Shown here: positions 18,044 through 25,426 of the stretch, in pieces
Layout of the letters: every line of letters begins with the position of its first letter
Numbering within the stretch: the first letter of the stretch is position 1
Source of the DNA: a virus
DNA length: 64,000 nucleotides
Direction: 5' to 3' (one strand)
Virus record (IMG/VR): IMGVR_UViG_3300022602_000029
Coordinates: 96,001-160,000 of that record
The notes under the pieces: generated by a model
The model's database searches: none
Told to the model about the DNA's origin: nothing
The model's input: only the letters and a program-made list of their open reading frames with translations
Translations under genes and position numbers: made by a program

Positions 18044-18312
18044 ACCACTTCCAACATGTTAGCTGGCACCTTCCAGAGACCCTCTGTGGTGCTGACCGTG
18101 ACGTATTTCTGTGCGATCTTGGTCACACTGCCCTGCATGGTTCGGCCGCGCCGCACGCTGTTAAAGGTCACTGCCTGCCCTAGGCGTAGCCCGCGCTTGT
18201 TTTCAGAGATCAGCCTGTGACGGGCGAACTTGACAGCTTCAGTGATGGTGTTCAATTCATCATTAGTGAACGAACCATGGATGATGGCTTGGTTGACTTG
18301 ATCGATGTTCAT
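18040..18312 (-). CDS. early hypothetical protein with SH3-like C-terminus
   Basis: GQAVTF...GSVTKIAQKYVTV...WKVPANML. Confidence 0.7.
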   Translation of the reverse strand: MNIDQVNQAIIHGSFTNDELNTITEAVKFARHRLISENKRGLRLGQAVTFNSVRRGRTMQGSVTKIAQKYVTVSTTEGLWKVPANMLEVV

Positions 18313-18358
18313 GAGTGCTCCTTAAAAAAACTTAGTATACTATCGGTTTTACCATTTG

Positions 18359-18763
18359 TCAAGCTTCTTTATAGTGCTTCCACTTGTTGTGATCTCCTGC
18401 TCGCTTGCCTTTTTCCGAATGGCATAAACTACAGAGTTCCTGTAGATTTTGTGGACGATTGTCCGTGTTATCACCGTTCTTGTGATCTACTTCTGTGCTT
18501 AGTTTAAAGCCTGTAGATGCTACCAAGTCCCAATCTACTACACAGGGGAACCCTAGCCTGCTATTAATGTTAGAACAACGATTTTTCTTGAACCTTTTAA
18601 CCCCCGGAGCCAATGGATAATCCATATAGCTGTTCTTGTGACAAGTGCCGCAGAACACTCTATATCTCACATCTGATCCACCTACTCGTCCCCTCTGAGT
18701 GGCGCAGAGACTGCCACAGCCTGGGTTGATACAGATCGGTCTAAAATGTAATACTCGTCCCAT
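18359..18763 (-). CDS. Zn-binding HNH endonuclease-like protein
   Basis: EVDHKNGDNTDNRPQNLQELCSLCHSEK plus CxxC pairs. Confidence 0.8.
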   Translation of the reverse strand: MGRVLHFRPICINPGCGSLCATQRGRVGGSDVRYRVFCGTCHKNSYMDYPLAPGVKRFKKNRCSNINSRLGFPCVVDWDLVASTGFKLSTEVDHKNGDNTDNRPQNLQELCSLCHSEKGKRAGDHNKWKHYKEA

Positions 18764-18816
18764 AAGTCGCTCCTTGTTAGTCTATGTCGCTATTATACTG
18801 CCAAAATAAAGACCCT

Positions 18817-19137
18817 TCAATCTCCCCGGGTATCAGTGTTGAGCTCTGGGCGCAACTGCCTGCGTAGCTCCACTTCTCTGCGGTGCGCCTCGGCCTTGCC
18901 CCTGATGACTTCTAACACTGCTACAGTGATCTGGCTCTTGTCCTCTAGCAGCCTCAGCACTGAGCAGAGGCTCCAGTCCTTGGCCTCCGTGTGCGCACGA
19001 TAGAAGTGCTTGGCAGCACGGGTCCTGGCGCTTTTCAACGCTGTAGACTCTGTCTTAGCCGTGACACCCACGTAGCGCAGTGTGCCCACTGTCAGCTGAT
19101 AGATCACATGATTTCGATCGGTTCTTTTCTTTCTCAT
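18817..19137 (-). CDS. GIY-YIG-like nuclease
   Basis: HVIYQL......YVGVT, R...H and E motifs. Confidence 0.65.
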   Translation of the reverse strand: MRKKRTDRNHVIYQLTVGTLRYVGVTAKTESTALKSARTRAAKHFYRAHTEAKDWSLCSVLRLLEDKSQITVAVLEVIRGKAEAHRREVELRRQLRPELNTDTRGD

Positions 19138-19200
19138 ACACATATTATACAGTCGGTTTTACCATTTGTCAACCCTATGCTTGTAAAGATATGTAAAGCT

Positions 19201-19461
19201 TCAATCAGTAGGTCCCTTCTGCACCCTAGCCGCGGGATCTCCTCCGAGGATCCTCTTGATCTCAGTATCTGGATCACCCCGGGCCCTGGCCGATCTCCAT
19301 TCCGTTTCTCGCTGCTCGTCCTGAGCGCTGTCCTCTGTATACTGTCCGGGGCACACAGCATAGTCTGAATCACAGGCCGTGCCCCACAACAGCTCCGCTA
19401 AGACCCAGATCAAGAACACCACGAGGAACATGGTTTCTAGGGTCCAATCCGTCTTTTTCAT
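19201..19461 (-). CDS. early membrane-anchored hypothetical protein
   Basis: N-terminal TM segment; AAGGT upstream. Confidence 0.5.
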   Translation of the reverse strand: MKKTDWTLETMFLVVFLIWVLAELLWGTACDSDYAVCPGQYTEDSAQDEQRETEWRSARARGDPDTEIKRILGGDPAARVQKGPTD

Positions 19462-19475
19462 AGTTAGATACCTTC

Positions 19476-19745
19476 TTTGATCTTAGAGAAACCCCGGCAG
19501 GACCTTCACGATCCCTGCCGAGGCTCAATCTGGGCTACTGCTAGTTCAGTTCCCAGAGCCCTCCTCCCCGTTTATGACTACCTCATATACGGTATAGCAC
19601 GCGGCTGCCTCCGCGAGGATTCTAGCACAGCACGGCTCCATGATGATCGCTCATCTCAGCTAGGCTGCCTCCTTAGTTCCGGCGCTTATCTAGACCACGG
19701 CAGCGGCTAGATCAAACCCGGGATTCTCTGTGCTATAGGCTTATA
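19476..19745 (-). ncRNA. candidate structured non-coding RNA or long leader (family not recognised)
   Basis: Follows promoter 19752-19780; end-to-end helices 19720-29/19485-94 and 19709-16/19476-83; hairpins at 19495-19520, 19600-19615, 19660-19676. Confidence 0.5.
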
Positions 19746-19780
19746 GTCACTAGTATACAGCCAATACACTACTAGGTCAA

Positions 19781-20460
19781 CGTGTATATAGTACTAGACA
19801 CATATACACTCATGTAGCTATACACACATGTAGACATATACTCTAGCTCAAGATCCACACGCACATACCAGGACGGCTCTTAGCAGCGGGGTCATTTTAG
19901 ATCTAACTGTATATAGCTGGCTATATGGTCCTAGACCGTAGGGGCGCAGAATCAGGGGATTTCTGGTAAAATCGGTAGGAAAAACTGTGAAAACCATACC
20001 TAGATCTGTTGTTTCTACGCTGAAATCTAGCGTAATAAATCTTGACAGGCCGTTTGGCGAGACAGGCTATGCCAAAATACTTTTCAAGTTATCCACAGGC
20101 TATCCACAGCTTATACACATGTTATACACTCGTTATCCACTGGGTTGTCAACGTAGAAGTCACCCTGCTATCCCCTGCTAGAGCTTTACAGCGGGGTCAT
20201 CTTACAGTACAGCCAGAGTTAACTAGAGTTAGCATCTATCTTCTACTAGAAGATCTGGGCTATTCTAGCTTTTTTTACCGCTGAGCCTTACAGGCTAACT
20301 ACGGACTAACTAAGGGTTAACTAGCTACAGCGGGGTCTTTACAGCTATTAGACTATTCGTGTATACTGTGTGTACTGCGATTAGATATCTTATACGGGCA
20401 TTTGTATCTAGAATCACTATGAGTAGCCGGTGATGTGTGTCACTAGCACTTAGACATATT
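19781..20460. other. non-coding strand-switch region, possible replication origin
   Basis: No credible ORF; DnaA-box-like array, repeated TACAG and CAGCGGGGTC motifs. Confidence 0.4.
20089..20141 (+). repeat. five tandem DnaA-box-like 9-mers at 11-bp period
   Basis: TTATCCACA 20089, CTATCCACA 20100, TTATACACA 20111, TTATACACT 20122, TTATCCACT 20133. Confidence 0.85.
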
Positions 20461-20470
20461 GCTTCTTGGC

Positions 20471-20478
20471 TATAAATA
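20471..20478 (+). promoter_or_regulatory. T4-late-type promoter
   Basis: Exact TATAAATA, 7 nt before ATG at 20486. Confidence 0.75.
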
Positions 20479-20485
20479 TCTCTAT

Positions 20486-21640
20486 ATGAGATACAAAGAA
20501 TTCGCACCTACTGAGTCTGTTACAGCTGGTACATCTGATTGGCAACCGCTTTATCAGCTTTCACGACAGCTATATCAGCACGTCTATATCAAGGCTCTGG
20601 GACCGCGTGTTAGAGTACAGGTCAAGGACCTAGACAGCGTCTACACAGATCGCGATGGTAGTGATCTAGATGGTAAGATAGATCTAGAGTTTTGGCTAGA
20701 CGCTCCGCATGACTGGGACGTTATTAAGCAGAGCTACGAAGCTGGTGAGGATGATCACTGGCTAGTTGACTATCACATCACAGAAGCCGCTGATCAAGTA
20801 GCTGATGCTATACGTCGCTACTATGGCGATACTTGGGCTGAGATCAGCAATGAGCTAGAGGGCGGTTGGGGAGTGGATGGATCAGTCACAGAAGATGTGC
20901 AGTCGGCGGAACCGCTACCTCTGCGTGGCTATGAGAATCTCTACGTAGAAGATAGTTCACAAGGGCCCTTGCTCTATGGTGTAGACCTAGAATGGCACGG
21001 GGAATCGGGCATCATAGGTTGGTTTGACTTCACGGCTAATCTCTCGACTGGTGTATTCGAGATAACTGGTAATAGGGCCAACAGAACTAGTGGGGGCGAG
21101 TTCGACACTGACGGTGACCTAGAGCGGTGGATCGAAAGCTGTATCGAGGACGCACAGCGCGAGTATGGTACCGATTGGGATGATATCGATAGCGAGCTAC
21201 ACGGCAGCTGGGGAGTAGATGACACTGATGAATCCCTTGGTCAAGTGGCCAGCTTAGAAGCTACACCCATAAAAAACATCGATTCAGATCGTCTACAGCA
21301 GGCCATCACTACCATAGCCCAGTTGGTGCACGATCGACAGATGGCCTATGGTGTGGCCCAGCGTAGCACCCTAGAAAAGGAACAGGCCGCCAGATACCAA
21401 AAACGCTACGCCGCTGTAGCCGCAGATCGACTCAAGGCAGAACAGGGCGAACTGGCCGTGGCAGATCTGGCTACGGCCCTGTATCGATATGTCTATCAAC
21501 ATCAAGCAGGGCACCCCATGGGCGGTAGCAAGAGCCATAACCCCCTGCTACGTGACTTTTTAGAAAATGATGTTACTGTGTCAGTAGATGATCAAGGCGG
21601 ACTGCATCCCGAAGAAAGCAGTTGGGGTGTCGACAGCTGA
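20486..21640 (+). CDS. acidic late protein with internal repeats, possible internal head protein
   Basis: MRYKEFAPTE N-terminus; repeated YG.xW.xI..EL.G.WGVD motif. Confidence 0.7.
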   Translation: MRYKEFAPTESVTAGTSDWQPLYQLSRQLYQHVYIKALGPRVRVQVKDLDSVYTDRDGSDLDGKIDLEFWLDAPHDWDVIKQSYEAGEDDHWLVDYHITEAADQVADAIRRYYGDTWAEISNELEGGWGVDGSVTEDVQSAEPLPLRGYENLYVEDSSQGPLLYGVDLEWHGESGIIGWFDFTANLSTGVFEITGNRANRTSGGEFDTDGDLERWIESCIEDAQREYGTDWDDIDSELHGSWGVDDTDESLGQVASLEATPIKNIDSDRLQQAITTIAQLVHDRQMAYGVAQRSTLEKEQAARYQKRYAAVAADRLKAEQGELAVADLATALYRYVYQHQAGHPMGGSKSHNPLLRDFLENDVTVSVDDQGGLHPEESSWGVDS

Positions 21641-22809
21641 TGAGAGCACGGGATTTCCTGCTGTTGGAATACGACAGATCCAAGACCCTAAAGACCTTTG
21701 GCACCAAGCTACTGCAGGCCCTGGCTAGAGATCCCACAGCGGACCCCAAGCTCAAACATCAGCAGGATCCCAAGCAGGTATTAGATCAGATAGAAACTAA
21801 CGACCCCACTGAGCACAAGGAATACACACAATGGCTGGCCAAATGCTACAGCAATGAGGCGGTCAAGCTAGAGGACATCAACAGCAAGGCACAAGAAGCC
21901 CTGGCCCTTTATCATCAGATGAAACGCAAGCGCCTGTTCCGTGGTGAATACAGCGCCTGGGGTGACATCTACAAGCTGTCATTCCGTGATCTGCTGAAGG
22001 TGGTGAATACTGCCCAGCTGAGCCAACAGCTGAATCGAGAAAAGAAAGAACGACCCAAGGGTAGCGCCACAGAAATACTACGCAACGACCAAGTGCGTAT
22101 CTTGAAGATCAACGATGAGGCCGCGGCCAAATACTACGGGCAGGGCACCACATGGTGCACTTCAGGTGACAAGGACAATCGTTTCAACTACTACAACGAC
22201 AAAGGCCCCATATTCGTGCTACTGCCCCAACACCCCCAGTATCAGGGTGAAAAGTATCAGATACACATAGCCACAGATCAGTTCATGGACCCCCAGGATG
22301 AGCCAGCAGGCGGGGGTACTGACATGGGCAGTTGGTATCTGTTGAAACGACGCTTTGGCGACATCACCTCCGTGATAGCAGAAAACGACCCCAACATTTA
22401 CCTTAACCTATACTTGATAGATGAAGTCACGTTCAACAGAGTATTGGACAAGGTCAAGGCCCTGGCCTATAGACGGGTGGGTGAGTTCCGTGATCTCTAC
22501 GGTGAAGATGCTCTACCCGATGATTGGATAGAAGAATACAATGAGTTTCTGGAAGAACTGGATCGGAGGGCCCTGATAGATCTACAGCAGGAACTAGACT
22601 ACCAAGATGGCCATCACAGGGATCTATTGGCCATACCAGATATGATAGCCTTGCCTATACTCAGCGAGCACTATGGTGTGCTGGGCGATCTAGACAACGG
22701 TGATCTTGCCCATGATCTAGCGCAGGCCATAGGCTACGGTATCGTGATCCAACATGATGGCAAGGGCAAGTTTACCGTAACTCTAGACCACCAATACGAC
22801 CCACATTAG
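21640..22809 (+). CDS. conserved phage protein with G-T-x-W-C motif
   Basis: TGATG overlap; MRARDFLLLE N-terminus; YYGQGTTWCTSG...F.YY. Confidence 0.7.
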   Translation: MRARDFLLLEYDRSKTLKTFGTKLLQALARDPTADPKLKHQQDPKQVLDQIETNDPTEHKEYTQWLAKCYSNEAVKLEDINSKAQEALALYHQMKRKRLFRGEYSAWGDIYKLSFRDLLKVVNTAQLSQQLNREKKERPKGSATEILRNDQVRILKINDEAAAKYYGQGTTWCTSGDKDNRFNYYNDKGPIFVLLPQHPQYQGEKYQIHIATDQFMDPQDEPAGGGTDMGSWYLLKRRFGDITSVIAENDPNIYLNLYLIDEVTFNRVLDKVKALAYRRVGEFRDLYGEDALPDDWIEEYNEFLEELDRRALIDLQQELDYQDGHHRDLLAIPDMIALPILSEHYGVLGDLDNGDLAHDLAQAIGYGIVIQHDGKGKFTVTLDHQYDPH

Positions 22810-23567
22810 GGTCCAGGGCTGAATATGGGCTTGGCCGCTAGGCTATCCGATGGGGGCTGTAGTATGGTCCAATCCGTGCCCAAGACAGGAGTTAGGTGTA
22901 TGTGGCTACGGGGTATCCAATACTTGTCTCCATCTATCTTGAGCTGATCCACTAGGTTGCTGAATGCGCTGTCTATCAGGATCATGGCCTGGGCACCCTC
23001 TATGACCTTGAGCCAATCAAACACGCTGTCAGTCAAGGCCCTTATTTCTATGCGTTGCCAGTCCGAAGGTACGTTGCTGAGATCAGCCGCACACCTGTAG
23101 GTGCTACCCTCTGTGTGATAGACCATGTACTGCTCTTGGGTCACTACCTTATCATAGAGCCGTTGCTCTCGCTCTGGGTTCCTAGTGATGCACTCACCTA
23201 GGGTCCATTTCTTCAGGAAGGGTACCCCCGCTTTAGAATACTTGAACTCGTCAAAATGCTGTATCTGGAAGAAGGGCTGTTGGCTCAGTTCTGGGCGTAT
23301 GTTCAGGGCCTGGTATAGGCATATGATCTCATCGCACTTGAAGGCCTTGAGCCTCTTTTCGGGCTCGGTATAAAAGAAGTCGCCCTTGCTGTCTTCGGGT
23401 ATGGGTATCCAGTGTACCCAAGGCACTGTCTCTTTGACAGACCCCCAGAATGGCTCACAGATGGGCCAATAGATCTGGTAGCCCTCATCGGCCCAGTATC
23501 GGGCGATGGGCAGGGCTATGATGATATCACCTAGCCCCCTTGATTGTATGATTCCTAGTTTCTTCAT
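22806..23567 (-). CDS. glycosyltransferase-like protein (GT9-like N-terminus)
   Basis: IIQSRGLGDIIIALPIAR; LIDSAFSNL near C-terminus. Confidence 0.65.
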   Translation of the reverse strand: MKKLGIIQSRGLGDIIIALPIARYWADEGYQIYWPICEPFWGSVKETVPWVHWIPIPEDSKGDFFYTEPEKRLKAFKCDEIICLYQALNIRPELSQQPFFQIQHFDEFKYSKAGVPFLKKWTLGECITRNPEREQRLYDKVVTQEQYMVYHTEGSTYRCAADLSNVPSDWQRIEIRALTDSVFDWLKVIEGAQAMILIDSAFSNLVDQLKIDGDKYWIPRSHIHLTPVLGTDWTILQPPSDSLAAKPIFSPGP

Positions 23568-23571
23568 ATTT

Positions 23572-24513
23572 TTAGTTATCGAATTCAAAAAGTTGATCGA
23601 GCAATGTTGGCGCTTGGCTCGGGGGTGTTATAGAAGGACTGTGTAACAAGATCTCCTCAGCGGTCTTGGCCGTATGGGTAGTGTTGTTGTTTTCATCTAC
23701 GGTCTTGGCCCTGCGTCCTGCTGTATAGGTGATAGGGTATTTCTTTAGTATCAACTGACCCTGTTGCTGTGTGTAGAACGCATCTCCGCATTCTCTGTTA
23801 CAGTAGAACACTAGATCTCCTGCTAGGTCCTGTTGCCGACAGAACGTGATCAGATTGGTATGATCCTGATCAGTAAAGGTCTGGCTATAACTGGTAAAGC
23901 TATCTCTATAGGGTGGGTCAAAGAACCAAAAGGTCCTGCCCTGTTTCAGCGCAGTACAGTTCTGCCAGATACCGCAGGTGATGTCTACCCTTTGTAGGAA
24001 GTTATGCCATTCTATAACATTGTCTCTGTCATAGACCTTGACCGTTTGATTTAGCAATCCGCTGGGTGTGGCGAATCTGCCATTGCTGGTCTGGTTAGTC
24101 TGCCATATGCCGTTGAAACCGGTCTTCATCAAGAAGTAAAGGCTAGCACTTTCATCTGTGCTGTTCCATTGATGCCAGTTAGTGGTATACTCTCTGCGTA
24201 GGTCGTAGTAGAAAGCCTTGCGATCTATCTTAGATAAAGGTAGATACTGTAGCGTGAGGGCATCCATACGGGCCATGAAGTTCACGTGATCTGATTTGAT
24301 AGCCCTGTAGATACCTATGATCTCTGCGTTGATATCATTCAAGATAAACTTAGTGATGTTGGGACAGTTTTGGGCTACCCAACACATCATAGCGCCTCCT
24401 CCAAAGAAGGGTTCAGCGTAGGTATCATACCCAGATGTGGGTATGCCTGGATCCACTAGATATTTAGGGATCATCTTGTTCTTGCCACCTGCCCAGATAT
24501 ATAATGGTTTCAT
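23572..24513 (-). CDS. dam: DNA adenine methyltransferase (Dam/D12 class)
   Basis: WAGGK, EPFFGGGA, LNDIN, FNG, FFDPPY motifs. Confidence 0.92.
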   Translation of the reverse strand: MKPLYIWAGGKNKMIPKYLVDPGIPTSGYDTYAEPFFGGGAMMCWVAQNCPNITKFILNDINAEIIGIYRAIKSDHVNFMARMDALTLQYLPLSKIDRKAFYYDLRREYTTNWHQWNSTDESASLYFLMKTGFNGIWQTNQTSNGRFATPSGLLNQTVKVYDRDNVIEWHNFLQRVDITCGIWQNCTALKQGRTFWFFDPPYRDSFTSYSQTFTDQDHTNLITFCRQQDLAGDLVFYCNRECGDAFYTQQQGQLILKKYPITYTAGRRAKTVDENNNTTHTAKTAEEILLHSPSITPPSQAPTLLDQLFEFDN

Positions 24514-24519
24514 CCTATT

Positions 24520-24560
24520 ATTATACAGGGTTGACTCGGATCTGTCAATGATGTTATAAT
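24520..24560. promoter_or_regulatory. overlapping divergent sigma70 promoters
   Basis: Minus TTGACA(24548-24543)-17-TATAAT; plus TTGACT(24531-36)-18-TATAAT(24555-60). Confidence 0.7.
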
Positions 24561-24592
24561 GGTGTTGTAAATATCACAAAGGAACTACAGCA

Positions 24593-25372
24593 GTGGCAAA
24601 AAACTCATACAAACATTCCGGGACCCTAGGCGATCTAGTATATAGCCTACCTATAGTAAGTTACACAGGGGGTGGCAAATTCTATCTCCACCTCAATCAG
24701 ATCGATTGGATAGGCAAGCATTATTATGGAGCAGACCCTAGCCCATTCCATCAGGGACGCATGACCCTAAAAGATTACGAGTTCATGAAATCATTTATGT
24801 TGGCACAGCCCTACATAGAATCCTTCGAACCTCTAGATACTAAAAAACACGAGATCACCCATAACCTGGATCGATTCCGTGCTCCTTTCGTGGGACACCC
24901 TGGCAACTATGTGGACCTATATGCCAATGTGTTTAATATCACAGATGCGGCCATCCATGAGCAACTGCGTACCACACCCTGGTTGACAGCACCCGCTCCA
25001 GTAGCCCCAGAAGGCATCAGTGTCATAGTCAATAGGACCGGACGTTGGGTTCCTGGACAGCGCAATCCACGTTACGATGAATGGAAAGCTGATGGCCTGG
25101 ATCAAGAAGCATTATTTGTTGGACTGAAAAACGAGTACGAAGATTTCGTTAAGTTATCTGGATGGGAAAACTGTAAATATCAGCCTACTAATACCCTGCT
25201 AGAAGTAGCGAATCTGATCAAAGGAGTTAACGCATTTATTGGTAATCAATCAGTGGCATTATCATTGGCTATTGGATTGGGCGCAGAGTTTTATTGTGAA
25301 GGGCGCAGAGACTTACCTATAGAACGCAATGAGTGTTACTTTCCTAAACAGCCGAATGGCTACTACTTCTGA
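24593..25372 (+). CDS. glycosyltransferase-like protein (GT9-like)
   Basis: HSGTLGDLVYSLP; LIKGVNAFIGNQS...LAIGLG. Confidence 0.65.
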   Translation: MAKNSYKHSGTLGDLVYSLPIVSYTGGGKFYLHLNQIDWIGKHYYGADPSPFHQGRMTLKDYEFMKSFMLAQPYIESFEPLDTKKHEITHNLDRFRAPFVGHPGNYVDLYANVFNITDAAIHEQLRTTPWLTAPAPVAPEGISVIVNRTGRWVPGQRNPRYDEWKADGLDQEALFVGLKNEYEDFVKLSGWENCKYQPTNTLLEVANLIKGVNAFIGNQSVALSLAIGLGAEFYCEGRRDLPIERNECYFPKQPNGYYF

Positions 25373-25426
25373 TTTGACGTAGCTTCCTTTATGTGTTACA
25401 GTAACGTGTACTAATAAATACACGTT

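Larger units (their letters stand above)
10445..19780 (-). promoter_or_regulatory. array of repeated early sigma70 promoter + leader + AAGGAG cassettes
   Basis: -35/17/-10 pairs at 10445-10473, 10763-10791, 12674-12702, 13509-13537, 13759-13787, 14035-14063, 15372-15400, 15684-15712, 16177-16205, 16959-16987, 17794-17822, 18334-18362, 18792-18820, 19144-19172, 19752-19780; a 19-bp-spacer copy at 11016-11046. Confidence 0.9.

Noticed and set aside
19600-19680. GGAGGCAGCC similarity to SRP RNA helix 8 (GGAAGCAGCC)
   Set aside because: No GNRA tetraloop or CAGG symmetric-loop partner; kept only as an unassigned RNA candidate
10445-19780. Repeated intergenic units separated by unique DNA as CRISPR or integron attC array
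   Set aside because: Units are promoter/RBS cassettes, the unique parts are genes, and no integrase or attC core sites were seen
19477-20507. Short ORF-track calls at 19477, 19987, 20042 and 20325
   Set aside because: No RBS or late-promoter support; translations reflect repeats and low complexity
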